From: Synechocystis sp. PCC 6803 substr. PCC-P
Lineage (GTDB): Bacteria; Cyanobacteriota; Cyanobacteriia; Cyanobacteriales; Microcystaceae
Reading direction: 5' to 3'
DNA: 32,000 nt
Assembly: GCF_000284455.1 (NCBI RefSeq)
Contig: NC_017039.1
Coordinates: 600,001 to 632,000 of the forward strand
Position 1 is the first letter of the stretch. Every line of letters starts with the position of its first letter. The position numbers were made by a program, and so were the translations under genes. Positions 1 to 8,817 of the stretch are shown in pieces. The notes under the pieces were generated by a model. That model was not told the DNA's origin and did no database searches. It saw nothing but the letters and a program-made list of their open reading frames with translations.

Positions 1-11
1 AAACAAATTGC

Positions 12-935
12 TTAAAAATCAAAGAACTTTTGCCGGGGGTTAAAGGTTTCCTTTTCCCGAATTCTACGGTAAAGCTCCAATTCCTCTGGGCTGGGTTCCG
101 GGGGAATTTCCACCCGAATTTCCACTAACTGGTCTCCCCGATCGCCTTGGTTGTTGGGAAAGCCCTTTTTGGCCAAACGTAGTTTTTGACCATTTTTTAA
201 ACCCGCTGGCACAGTCATTTTCACCAGGCCGTCAATGGTCATCACCTCAATAGCGCCCCCCAAAATGGCTTCACTGGGAGTTACGGGCACCTGGCAAGCA
301 ATGTCCGTCCCCTGGAGAGTAAATAACGGGTGGGGAGAAAGGTTGATTTTTAGATATAGATCGCCCCCATTAATGCCCTGTTGCTTGAGGCGAATCCGTT
401 GCCCATCCCCCATGCCCCCAGGCATTTCCACCTCCAAAGAACGGCCATCTTCCAAACGAATTCTTTCCTTGCCTCCCCGGTAGGCTTTTTCCAACGGCAG
501 GGTCAAATTGGCTTCCACATCCCTGGGCACAGGGCGGGCGGGGGACACCACTTTCGTGCGTCTAGTTTCACTAAAATCTTGCCATGACTGCGCCGGCTGA
601 CGGGTTCCAGTGCGCCCAGTGGGGGTACGAACTTGGCCATTGACACTTGTTCCGTTAGGCGATCGCCCACCGTTACTATTGGGGCTAAAACGACTGGTGG
701 GGGGACGGCGGAATCGGCCAAATAAACGACTATCTAATTCCCGGCGCTTGGTTTCATCGGAAAGGACATCGTAGGCTTCGTTAATATCTTTAAATTTCTC
801 TTCCGCTGTTTTATCGTTGGGGTTAACATCAGGATGATACTGACGAGCTAGCTTCCGAAAAGACTTTTTAATCTCTTCAGCAGTGGCATTGCGGGGAACT
901 CCCAAAATTTGATAATAATTCCGCACTTGTTCCAT
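12..935 (-). CDS. dnaJ: DnaJ-family co-chaperone with a J domain and DnaJ C-terminal domains but no zinc-finger region
   Basis: 307-aa ORF with ATG at 935-933. The J domain has an intact HPD motif (YYQILGV...[11 protein letters not shown]...[10 protein letters not shown]). The C-terminal part is DnaJ_C-like ([39 protein letters not shown]). The linker is S/T/P/R-rich with no CxxCxGxG repeats. It lies 108 nt downstream of the dnaK paralogue on the same strand. Recalled as dnaJ3 (sll1933). Confidence 0.9.
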   Translation of the reverse strand: MEQVRNYYQILGVPRNATAEEIKKSFRKLARQYHPDVNPNDKTAEEKFKDINEAYDVLSDETKRRELDSRLFGRFRRPPTSRFSPNSNGGRSPNGTSVNGQVRTPTGRTGTRQPAQSWQDFSETRRTKVVSPARPVPRDVEANLTLPLEKAYRGGKERIRLEDGRSLEVEMPGGMGDGQRIRLKQQGINGGDLYLKINLSPHPLFTLQGTDIACQVPVTPSEAILGGAIEVMTIDGLVKMTVPAGLKNGQKLRLAKKGFPNNQGDRGDQLVEIRVEIPPEPSPEELELYRRIREKETFNPRQKFFDF

Positions 936-1043
936 AGGGTTGCCAGAAAATACTCGCTCAATCCACTCAAACTAACTCAGGTCGAGGTTACAGGGGTAAA
1001 TCATCAACGGTTTTTACCGTCTTTGGTCAACGAACTTTTGACA

Positions 1044-3359
1044 TTAGAACCAATCATCATCGTCATCATCCCAACCGTTTTGTAATGGGGCATTGCGACC
1101 GGGCTGGGCAGGCCGTTCCCCATAGCGGCCATTGCCTCCCCGACCAGAACGACTGGGGGCATTTTCCCGATAATCGTAATCCTTCTGGCGATCGCCTCTA
1201 GAGTAATCATCCTGGGGGCTAGAACGGCGATCGTCGTAGGTACCCCCTAAACTCTCTCCTTGGTAAGGTCGTTGTCTGGTGACCCTGGACTGGTCCCAAT
1301 CAGCATAGGCGGTGGAACGGTAATCTTTGCTCAAGGAAGGGCCCCGGCCAGCGCCAGCCCTGGGCATGGGTGCCTCTCGACGGGAAGGGGCGTTGTAGTT
1401 GTAATCGTCATAGCGACCGTAGTCATTACCTCCCCGATAATCATCCCTGGGAGCAGGGCGACGGTTGTAGTAATCATCATCGTCATCGAAATCGCCAGTG
1501 AAGGTTTTCTTAATCGCTTCGAAAAAGCCTTCTTCCTTGTCGTCATACTGCAGACGCACTTCCCGATTTAACTCGTACAACACATCCTGCAAATCTGCCT
1601 GGGCCCGGTCTAACCGACGCTCATCATCTTTTTCCAGACTGTCTAAAATTTCACTGCACAACGCATCCACTTGACGACGGTAGGACACGGTGAACGCACT
1701 GCCGAAATCCAGGGTAACTTCCTTGAGCCGCCGCTGAGCCTGATCCGTTAATGCCTTAGCACTGTTGCGTTTTTCAATGCGTTCCCGCCGTTCCCGGTCC
1801 TGGGCGGCAAAGGTTTCTGCTTCTTGGATCATGCGATTGACTTCCCCTTCACTGAGGATGGAAGCCCCTTGGACTGTAATGCTTTGCTCCCGGCCGGTGG
1901 TTTTGTCCCTCGCTGTCACCTGCAAAATACCGTTAGCGTCAATGTCGAAGGAAACCTGCACCTGGGGCACTCCCCTGGGAGCCGGCGGAATACCGCTCAG
2001 TTTAAAACGACCGAGGGAAATATTATCGCTGGCCATTTCCCGTTCCCCTTGGAGCACGTGGACTTCCACTACGGTTTGATTATTTTCCCCGGTGGAAAAA
2101 ATGTCCGATTTACGCACTGGAATGGTGGTGTTGCGGGGCAGTAATTTTTTCATCACGCCGCCAATGGTTTCCAACCCAAAGGAAAGGGGGGTTACATCCA
2201 GCAGCAAGATATCTTTCACTTCCCCGTCCAAAATGCCCGCCTGGATTGCCGCTCCGATCGCCACTACTTCATCGGGGTTGACGTTTTCGTTGGGTTCCCG
2301 GTCAATGAAACTACGGACAAGGCCTTTGACCATGGGCATACGGGTGCCACCTCCCACTAGCACCACTTCATCGATTTGTACCGGACTCAAGCCCGCATCT
2401 TTCAGCACCCGTTTAACGGGTCTTTGCAGACGAGTAACTAAATCTCCACATAAATCTTCAAATTCCGAACGGCTCAACTGGGTTTCCAAATGTTTGGGAC
2501 CGTCTTCCGTAGCGGTGATGAAGGGTAAATTAATTTCCGTAGTACCGACCCCAGAAAGTTCAATTTTGGCCTTTTCCGCCGCTTCGGTTAACCTTTGTAG
2601 GGCCTGGCGATCCTGCCGTAAATCCACTTTCTCCGCTTCTAAAAACTTTTCCGCTAGCCAATCCACAATGCGGCGATCAAAATCGTTACCCCCCAACTGG
2701 GTATCACCGCTGGTGGCCTTAACTTCAAAAATGCCGTCCCCCACTTCCAACACAGAAACATCAAAGGTGCCGCCCCCTAGGTCAAACACCAGGATTTTTT
2801 GTATCCGCCCCTGGTCTAAGCCGTAAGCTAAAGATGCCGCTGTGGGTTCGTTGATAATCCGTAGCACTTCCAGCCCGGCAATTTTCCCCGCATCTCTAGT
2901 GGCTTGCCGTTGGGAATCGTTAAAGTAGGCAGGCACAGTAATCACAGCTCCGGTGACCTTTTCCCCCAGGTAGCGGCTGGCTTCTTCGGCCAACTTCCGC
3001 AAAATCATGGCGGAAATTTCTTCCGGGGCAAAGTCTTTTTTCAGCCGGGGACAACGCACTTTAATGTTATCCCGGTCATCCCGCCGGATGGTGTAGGCTA
3101 CTCGTTTAGATTCTGGAGTTAAATCAGTGTAACGCCTCCCCATAAAACGTTTGACGCCATAGAAAGTATTTTGGGGATTGAGCACCGCTTGCCGCCGGCC
3201 CATCTGACCCACCACCAATTCCCCTTCTTTGTTGAACCCCACCACGGAGGGGGTAGTACGCATGCCTTCCGCATTGGCGATGACAATGGGTTTGCCGCCT
3301 TCCATGACGGCCACAACTGAATTGGTAGTTCCAAGGTCAATTCCGACGACTTTTCCCAT
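1044..3359 (-). CDS. dnaK: Hsp70 chaperone DnaK paralogue with a long low-complexity C-terminal tail
   Basis: The ORF track gives 793 aa from an alternative start. I place the start at the ATG at 3359-3357, giving [14 protein letters not shown] (771 aa). Hsp70 signatures are present: [26 protein letters not shown]. The last ~150 aa (1044-1496) are D/R/Y/G-rich and end in WDDDDDDWF. Recalled as dnaK3 (sll1932). Confidence 0.95.
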   Translation of the reverse strand: MGKVVGIDLGTTNSVVAVMEGGKPIVIANAEGMRTTPSVVGFNKEGELVVGQMGRRQAVLNPQNTFYGVKRFMGRRYTDLTPESKRVAYTIRRDDRDNIKVRCPRLKKDFAPEEISAMILRKLAEEASRYLGEKVTGAVITVPAYFNDSQRQATRDAGKIAGLEVLRIINEPTAASLAYGLDQGRIQKILVFDLGGGTFDVSVLEVGDGIFEVKATSGDTQLGGNDFDRRIVDWLAEKFLEAEKVDLRQDRQALQRLTEAAEKAKIELSGVGTTEINLPFITATEDGPKHLETQLSRSEFEDLCGDLVTRLQRPVKRVLKDAGLSPVQIDEVVLVGGGTRMPMVKGLVRSFIDREPNENVNPDEVVAIGAAIQAGILDGEVKDILLLDVTPLSFGLETIGGVMKKLLPRNTTIPVRKSDIFSTGENNQTVVEVHVLQGEREMASDNISLGRFKLSGIPPAPRGVPQVQVSFDIDANGILQVTARDKTTGREQSITVQGASILSEGEVNRMIQEAETFAAQDRERRERIEKRNSAKALTDQAQRRLKEVTLDFGSAFTVSYRRQVDALCSEILDSLEKDDERRLDRAQADLQDVLYELNREVRLQYDDKEEGFFEAIKKTFTGDFDDDDDYYNRRPAPRDDYRGGNDYGRYDDYNYNAPSRREAPMPRAGAGRGPSLSKDYRSTAYADWDQSRVTRQRPYQGESLGGTYDDRRSSPQDDYSRGDRQKDYDYRENAPSRSGRGGNGRYGERPAQPGRNAPLQNGWDDDDDDWF

Positions 3360-3476
3360 GTTGTTTTCTTTGCTCCCAAAATTTGCAGAGCGGTTAATAC
3401 TCGTTAACACTAGGCACTTGCCCAACCATTATAGGAGTTTGGGGCGGGACCCTGGGCAAACTTCAACCTAGACCAT

Positions 3477-3504
3477 AAAACCCCAACCAATGGGCCAGGG
3501 TTTT
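3477..3504 (-). terminator. Candidate intrinsic (possibly bidirectional) terminator downstream of glyA
   Basis: Minus-strand RNA reads AAAACCCUGGCC-CAUU-GGUUGGGGUUUU. The stem has GC pairs plus three G-U pairs, flanked by A4 and U4. It lies 41 nt after the glyA stop and upstream of the dnaK paralogue start. The U tract is short. Confidence 0.45.
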
Positions 3505-3544
3505 ACAGACAAATTAGCAGATTGGGGAACGATGTTAATTCAAA

Positions 3545-4828
3545 TCAGGCGATCACCGCTACGGGAATGCGGAGATGATCATAGAGGGGGAAACCAGCAC
3601 AAAGTTCACTGACCCGGCGCAGACAATCCGCTTTTACGCCTTCATCTTCCGGGGACAACAGGCGATCGGCAATGATGTTGGCAATGGTGCGGAATTCGTC
3701 TTCCTGCATACCCCTGGTGGTCATGGCAGGGGAGCCCAGGCGCAAACCACTGGTGACAAAGGGAGATTCGGGGTCAAAGGGCACCGTGTTTTTGTTGGCG
3801 GTGATGTTGATTTCTCCCAACAGTTGATCGCCCACTTTGCCGGTCATGGCGATTGAGCGCAGGTCTACCAACATTAAATGGTTATCGGTGCCGCCGGATA
3901 CCAGGTCAAAGCCCCGTTTTTGTAACTGGTCGGCCATGGCTTGGGCGTTGGCGATTACCTGGCCAGAATAAACCTTAAATTCTGGTTTCAGCGCTTCCCC
4001 AAAGGCCACTGCTTTAGCGGTAATGACGTGCTCCAAAGGGCCGCCCTGGGTGCCAGGAAAGACGGATTTGTCGAATTTTTTGCCTAATTCCTCATTATTG
4101 GTCATGATCAAACCACCCCGGGGACCCCGCAGGGTTTTATGGGTGGTGGTGGTGACGACATCGCAATAGGGCAAGGGACTGGGATGGTGTCCTGAAGCCA
4201 CTAAACCGGCAATGTGGGCAATGTCTGCCATTAGGTATGCTCCCACTTCGTCGGCGATCGCCCGGAATTTATCAAACTCGATTTGTCGGGGATAGGCAGA
4301 GTAGCCACAAATCAACAGTTTGGGTTTAACTTCCAGAGCCTGTTGGCGGATTTTGTCGTAATCTAACCGACCCGTTTCCTTTTCCACACCGTAGTGGGCC
4401 ACTTCGAACCATTTACCAGAAACGTTGACAGGGGAACCGTGGGTTAAATGGCCGCCGTGGGAAAGGTCCATGCCCATAATGGTGTCGCCGGGCTGGAGCA
4501 GGGTTAAAAATACGGCAAAATTGGCCTGGGCCCCGGAGTGGGGTTGGACGTTGGCGTGGGCAGCCCCAAATAACTCTTTGACTCGACTGATGGCTAGCGT
4601 TTCCGCTTGGTCCACAAATTCACAGCCGCCGTAATAGCGTTTACCCGGCAGACCTTCGGCATACTTATTGGTTAAGACGGAACCCTGGGCCGCCATTACT
4701 GCTGCTGAAGTGAAATTTTCGCTGGCAATCAATTCAATGTGGGTGCGTTGCCGTTGTAATTCCCGGTCAATGATGGCCGCAAGGGCGGGGTCGCTGGTGG
4801 CTAAAAAGTCGAGGTTGGTTTGATTCAC
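3545..4828 (-). CDS. glyA: Serine hydroxymethyltransferase
   Basis: 427-aa ORF with GTG start at 4828-4826. The SHMT family pattern runs throughout ([25 protein letters not shown], the PLP-lysine region [23 protein letters not shown]). Confidence 0.95.
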   Translation of the reverse strand: MNQTNLDFLATSDPALAAIIDRELQRQRTHIELIASENFTSAAVMAAQGSVLTNKYAEGLPGKRYYGGCEFVDQAETLAISRVKELFGAAHANVQPHSGAQANFAVFLTLLQPGDTIMGMDLSHGGHLTHGSPVNVSGKWFEVAHYGVEKETGRLDYDKIRQQALEVKPKLLICGYSAYPRQIEFDKFRAIADEVGAYLMADIAHIAGLVASGHHPSPLPYCDVVTTTTHKTLRGPRGGLIMTNNEELGKKFDKSVFPGTQGGPLEHVITAKAVAFGEALKPEFKVYSGQVIANAQAMADQLQKRGFDLVSGGTDNHLMLVDLRSIAMTGKVGDQLLGEINITANKNTVPFDPESPFVTSGLRLGSPAMTTRGMQEDEFRTIANIIADRLLSPEDEGVKADCLRRVSELCAGFPLYDHLRIPVAVIA

Positions 4829-5058
4829 GTCTTATCTTCCTGTAAACAGTGCTGGGGGCGGAAAGCACCGCGCTTCTTGAGTATTTACTAAGTTTATCGG
4901 AAAACCGGGTCTAAAACCCCGTCTTTCAGAGTGTGATATCTACAAAGCCACCTGTTACGGAGCGTGAAGCCGTTGTGACACTGAGTTGTCAAAAGATATT
5001 CGAGATCCGGACACTGAGGTCTACCTGAGTACAGTTTCCGTCTGGGAAGAAATTGTCA

Positions 5059-5614
5059 AGAGTTTCAAGAAAGTAATGAGAGGCGCCAGTTGTGTAGTGG
5101 TTCTATGTTACCACTGACCCTGAATTTGGCAAATATTGCCATGGTGATATCCACCATGTAGGCTGACCTGGAGAAAACTTTCGTGCGGCGATGAAATCTA
5201 GCAAACCAATGGCGATTATCTGAGTTGTTTCTCTCAATTCCTACTGTTTCTCTTTTGCTAATCCCATGAAACGCATCGGGATGTTCATCCAGTAGTTGTT
5301 GATAGGGCCCCCAGTCATCGGTGTAGTACACGGTCACTTTCCACTTTGCCAGTCTCTCCAGCAAACGACTCAGGGTTTGAATATCACGATCAATCAACTG
5401 AATGGTGAAAAGCCCAGTAGTTTTTACTATATCCAAATTTCATACAAAAGCAACCTAAATAGCTCAGAGGTACTATTTCTGTCCCGGCTCTCATCTTTTT
5501 TGAATTTTCACTACATAGATAACACTGATAATAGTACCTTTGTTTTATTCTACCTACGATAATAGAAGAGCGATAACTTCGGCAGTGCAAAACTCCGGTT
5601 TGAATTACAAAGCA
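5059..5614 (-). mobile_element. Degenerate IS1-family (ISY120-like) insertion sequence remnant, left copy, interrupted at its 5' side by ISY100
   Basis: Minus-strand reading gives an IS1 InsA-like zinc-finger stretch (CRSYRSSIIVGRIKQRYYYQCYLC). A frame-shifted InsB-like C-terminal part follows (YYTDDWGPYQQLL...GIERNNSDNRHWFARFHRRTKVFSRS). Positions 5059-5316 are about 85-90% identical by eye to the reverse complement of 9078-9334. Family name is from memory. Confidence 0.7.
5065..5436 (-). pseudogene. IS1-family transposase C-terminal fragment (123-aa ORF)
   Basis: The ORF covers only the C-terminal third of an IS1-type transposase. The upstream Zn-finger part is in another frame and the HTH segment seen in the right copy is missing. 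Confidence 0.65.
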
Positions 5615-5616
5615 TA

Positions 5617-5640
5617 TAGTAGTTTCAAATAAAGCTGAGA
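5617..5640. repeat. ISY100 terminal inverted repeat (transposase 3' side)
   Basis: Pairs with 6539-6562 at 19/24 positions. The TA target dinucleotide is immediately outside. Confidence 0.85.
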
Positions 5641-5642
5641 CG

Positions 5643-6137
5643 CTAAACGCCACGGTAAGAACGGATAATTTCATCAAGAGACGTGTCAATAGGAGCGTAC
5701 ATTCTAGCTCGTTTCAAGGCACTAAAGTCATGCTCAATATCATTTAAATCAGGAGAATATTTCGGCAAAAAAAGAACTTCATGACCTGCTTCTTTAGCCA
5801 ATTCTTTAATGGCAGTTTTACGATGAATAGGAGCATTATCCACTATTAATATTGATGGAATGTCGAGGGAGGGTAGCAAATATAATTTTAACCATCCTTC
5901 AAAGCCTTCTGCATTCAAACTCCCGGTAAAAACCATCGGCGCAATCAAATCTTTTTTTCCTTTTCTTCTCCCTGCTACTAGATTTTCTCTGACTCCCCTT
6001 TTTCCTTGTCTATCTCCATAAACTTTTTTTCCTTTTTTTGACCAGGCATAAATACAAGCCTGGATTGCTTCGAATCCAGATTCATCTATGTAAACTATAG
6101 CTTGACTACCATAGAGCTTAATTAGTTCTCTTAACAT
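5643..6137 (-). CDS. ISY100 transposase, DDE catalytic portion (downstream frame)
   Basis: 164-aa ORF carrying the motifs VYIDESGF, LIVDNAPIH and LFLPKYSPDLNDIEHDF, typical of the IS630/Tc1 catalytic domain. This frame stays open upstream of the first ATG, back to a stop at 6330-6332. Confidence 0.85.
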   Translation of the reverse strand: MLRELIKLYGSQAIVYIDESGFEAIQACIYAWSKKGKKVYGDRQGKRGVRENLVAGRRKGKKDLIAPMVFTGSLNAEGFEGWLKLYLLPSLDIPSILIVDNAPIHRKTAIKELAKEAGHEVLFLPKYSPDLNDIEHDFSALKRARMYAPIDTSLDEIIRSYRGV

Positions 6138-6490
6138 TCTATAGTACTTAACTCGTTCCTCCCGGTTTCTTTCTCGATAACGTAGTTCTTTTTTTTTCTG
6201 TTTATTTTCATTTTCTTTAATGCGTAATATACGGCACTCGGCCTCACTCCAAATTTCTTGGCTCTGTCTATCAATCTTGCATCGGGATTTTCTTCTACGT
6301 CTTTTTTTAGAGCTTCCCAGTCTAATTTCCTATGGCGACGCTCTACTTTTGTTGGGCTTAAATCTACTCTATTTAACCATCTGTATATCGAGGCTTTTCC
6401 TATTTTATATATCTTGGAAGCCTCAGTTATTTTTCCTCCAGCTTCTATATAAGCTACTACCCTTTGCCTTAAATCTAAACTGTAAGCTAT
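6131..6490 (-). CDS. ISY100 transposase, N-terminal HTH portion (upstream frame, no canonical start codon)
   Basis: Hand translation from 6490 gives IAYSLDLRQRVVAYIEAGGKITEASKIYKIGKASIYRWLNRV...VYYALKKMKINRKKK, then runs to a TAA at 6133-6131. The frame opens just after a TAA and contains no ATG, GTG or TTG near its 5' end; the first plausible codon is ATA at 6490-6488. It overlaps the downstream frame, which is offset by -1. Confidence 0.65.
   Translation of the reverse strand: MAYSLDLRQRVVAYIEAGGKITEASKIYKIGKASIYRWLNRVDLSPTKVERRHRKLDWEALKKDVEENPDARLIDRAKKFGVRPSAVYYALKKMKINRKKKNYVIEKETGRNELSTIEC
6189..6197 (-). other. A9 homopolymer (T9 on the plus strand) at the junction of the two transposase frames; candidate -1 slippage site or inactivating 1-nt deletion
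   Basis: Nine consecutive T at 6189-6197. One extra A in the mRNA, or a -1 ribosomal shift here, fuses the two frames into ...INRKKKELRYRERNREERVKYYRMLREL..., giving 282 codons. Confidence 0.55.
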
Positions 6491-6538
6491 TGTTTAAACC
6501 TGTTCATTTTGTACACTCCATAATTTTACATTAAATTC

Positions 6539-6562
6539 TCTCATCGTTAATTGAAATGACTA
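6539..6562. repeat. ISY100 terminal inverted repeat (transposase 5' side)
   Basis: Pairs with 5617-5640 at 19/24 positions. The TA target dinucleotide is immediately outside. Confidence 0.85.
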
Positions 6563-6566
6563 TAGT

Positions 6567-8696
6567 TCAAAAATTAACCGAAGAATTAAAGCTCTCGCGT
6601 GGATTCCATTGGATAGCTCCCTGTCCCGTGACCCACAATTGACCTCGATATTTTCCTATTGCTTGCTCCAAATTTTTGCTTACATAGGGTGCAATGGCGA
6701 TCGCCGTGGGAGGTCGTAAACTATCCAACCAACTGTAGGGAAAAAACTGACCAACCCAGATGATAATTTGGGGTCGTTGATCCAGCGGCAACTTCAAAGC
6801 AGTTTGATCTTTCTGGGGAACTTGTAGAAAAATCCACCAGCGTTTTTGAGCAAATTCCAGTTGCAAAATCCCTGGGCTGATGGCTACCCAACTCAGATGG
6901 GCGCAGGAAGGCGGTAGCGGTTGACCAATTATGGCGGGGGTGATGGTTAGTTTACAGTCAACTTGATTAATGCCCTTTTGAGCTAGGAAGGGAGCTAACA
7001 ATCTTGGTGCAGATTGATCCTCCGCCCTAGTAATGGTGGTTACTGCGCCTGGACTCTGGGCCACAATGACAGGAAATTCTTTACTATCAAAAATGGTCAA
7101 TTCCACCCTAGTTTGCAGGCTAAAAATCAGGGGTAAAATAATGGTGCCCAGTAAAAATGTGGAAACCAAACCCCAACGCCGTCGCCACCAGGGAAAGGCC
7201 CAGATCAAACAAAAAGCGCCGTACATTATGACCACTTGTCCTAAGCCCACTTCCCCCACTGCCACGGTGGGTAATTGTTGAAATTGGTCGGCGATCGCCA
7301 TTAACCAACGGGCAGGGAAAGCTAGCAACCAACCAGTGGCACTACCCAGGGGGGGAAAAATGAGCGCACATAGAGCACTGACCATTCCCCCCAAGCTCAA
7401 CAGGGCTAACAAAGGGGTAATTAGAATATTAAGGGGTAAGGCAGCAGGGATAAAATAGCCAAATTGTTGCAGAAGTATGGGTGTAGTCCAAACACTTGCT
7501 GCTAAGGGCACTGCTATCACCCCGGCAATTTTTCCTGGCAAAAAATCCAGCCGTTGCTGTAAGGGAGGCACCATCACCACAATGCCTAAAGTGGCTAAAA
7601 AACTGAGTTGAAAGCCCAACGCTTGGCTCCAGACGGGGTTAACCAATAGCATCACTGTGGCAATGAGCAATAACGCCCCCACGGTGTTTAATTTTTGTTC
7701 GCTGGCCAGGGCCGCCATTACCCCCACCCAGAGTAAACTAGCCCGGATTACTGAAGGTTCCAGCCCTGTTAAGCCCAGGTAAAATGCCAGGGTAATTAGC
7801 CCGACGGCGATCGCCAATTTAGAACTGACACCGGCCTTTTTGCCCAGGAGCAATACAGTCCCCACCAGTAGGGAAACTTGATAACCAGAGGCAGCCAGGA
7901 AATGGGAAAGCCCCACCGATTGGAAAAGATTGCGTAATTCCGTGGGCAAATTAACCGCTTTGGCGCCCAAGACAATGGAACTAATTAGCAAGCCAGGCCA
8001 TTGCCCTTGCCCCTGGACTGGTAACCAGGCTGTCTGGGCGTTGACAATTCTTTGTCGCAGGGGATTGAGACCGCAAAATTTTTCCCCCACTAGAGTCGCC
8101 GTTTCTCCTCTTAACCCGGCAAAAATACCCTGACGGGCCAAATATTGAGCAAAATTAAAGGCCCCCGGATTCTGGGGGGTACTGGGACGGTACAGCAAAC
8201 CTGTAACCCGTATTTGCTGGCATTGTTGCCAGGGTTGTTCTCCCATGGGCAAAGTCAGGTAAACAGTGCCAGAACGGGGCCGAAATTCTTTTTCGGGCGG
8301 CCGTTGCAGCTGCTCTACCTTGAGCCAAAATTGTTGTTGCCCTTGGGCGTTTTCTCTCCCTCCAGCCTTCAATGTACCGATCGCCGTGATGGTCTGAAAA
8401 CTTTTGGCCGGAGGATCTAGAAGGCGGCTAATGTCAGTTAAACCAGGCTGGGGCATGCGCCAAAGGGCGTAATAACTGGCCAGCAACGCAATTATTCCCG
8501 CCAGTAACCATTGCCATCTGGTTGGGCCCCGTCGCCAAACTAAGGGTAGAAAAATAATGGCGATCGTCGTAGCAAAAAACCACAGCCCAGCCAGCACAAT
8601 CAATTGATTAAGATTGAAAAAATCAACATCAAGCCCCGTCCCCAACAATCCCAGAATAAAGCTAAGACAAATTAAGGCCAGGGGATGGAAGCGCAT
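6567..8696 (-). CDS. comEC: DNA internalisation/competence channel protein ComEC (ComE/Rec2 family)
   Basis: 709-aa polytopic membrane ORF with an N-terminal OB-like region and a central competence-domain pattern (FQSVGLSHFLAASGYQVSLL, LEPSVIRASLLW). The C-terminal 180 aa look like a metallo-beta-lactamase fold but lack HxHxDH. Recalled as sll1929, required for natural transformation. Confidence 0.9.
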   Translation of the reverse strand: MRFHPLALICLSFILGLLGTGLDVDFFNLNQLIVLAGLWFFATTIAIIFLPLVWRRGPTRWQWLLAGIIALLASYYALWRMPQPGLTDISRLLDPPAKSFQTITAIGTLKAGGRENAQGQQQFWLKVEQLQRPPEKEFRPRSGTVYLTLPMGEQPWQQCQQIRVTGLLYRPSTPQNPGAFNFAQYLARQGIFAGLRGETATLVGEKFCGLNPLRQRIVNAQTAWLPVQGQGQWPGLLISSIVLGAKAVNLPTELRNLFQSVGLSHFLAASGYQVSLLVGTVLLLGKKAGVSSKLAIAVGLITLAFYLGLTGLEPSVIRASLLWVGVMAALASEQKLNTVGALLLIATVMLLVNPVWSQALGFQLSFLATLGIVVMVPPLQQRLDFLPGKIAGVIAVPLAASVWTTPILLQQFGYFIPAALPLNILITPLLALLSLGGMVSALCALIFPPLGSATGWLLAFPARWLMAIADQFQQLPTVAVGEVGLGQVVIMYGAFCLIWAFPWWRRRWGLVSTFLLGTIILPLIFSLQTRVELTIFDSKEFPVIVAQSPGAVTTITRAEDQSAPRLLAPFLAQKGINQVDCKLTITPAIIGQPLPPSCAHLSWVAISPGILQLEFAQKRWWIFLQVPQKDQTALKLPLDQRPQIIIWVGQFFPYSWLDSLRPPTAIAIAPYVSKNLEQAIGKYRGQLWVTGQGAIQWNPRESFNSSVNF

Positions 8697-8817
8697 CAGT
8701 TTAACTCCATATCAAGTTTCCGAAAATTTCCTTGATTAGGGGAAATAACGGGAGACAAGTTTTTACAGTGGTTAGGGTATTTGCGTGTCACAGTAAAAAC
8801 TCAGCAGAATAAGCGTT

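Larger units (their letters stand above)
5617..6562 (-). mobile_element. ISY100 (IS630/Tc1-mariner family) insertion sequence, 946 bp, flanked by a TA duplication
   Basis: 24-bp imperfect terminal inverted repeats match at 19/24: TAGTAGTTTCAAATAAAGCTGAGA at 5617-5640 against the reverse complement of 6539-6562, TAGTCATTTCAATTAACGATGAGA. TA dinucleotides sit at 5615-5616 and 6563-6564. The interior encodes an HTH plus DDE (DD34E-like) transposase. Composition is AT-rich with no HIP1 site. Confidence 0.9.

Noticed and set aside
2092-2826. 244-aa plus-strand ORF, plus several 70-106-aa ORFs, antisense to the dnaK paralogue
   Set aside because: It lies fully inside a confidently identified Hsp70 gene. 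Long stop-free antisense frames are a known codon-bias artefact of dnaK/hsp70 genes. The translation is low-complexity (S/P/R/T-rich) with no motif.
4895-4940. Apparent similarity between 4895-4940 and 9399-9450 (shared GAAAACCG...TAAA...AGTGTG), which might have marked a larger duplicated flank outside the two IS remnants
   Set aside because: Only a match of about 10 nt plus scattered short words. It needs large gaps to align and is within chance expectation for 32 kb.
4829-5058. Possible riboswitch or leader (for example ZTP/THF/glycine class) in the 230-nt region upstream of glyA
   Set aside because: I could not find the conserved cores of those classes on the minus strand. The region has only a short direct repeat (GACACTGAG twice) and small hairpins, and it abuts an IS end, so it may be disrupted flank sequence.
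6220-6534. 104-aa and 64-aa plus-strand ORFs inside ISY100
   Set aside because: They are antisense to the transposase N-terminal frame in very AT-rich DNA. The leucine/phenylalanine-rich translation is typical of a T-rich artefact.
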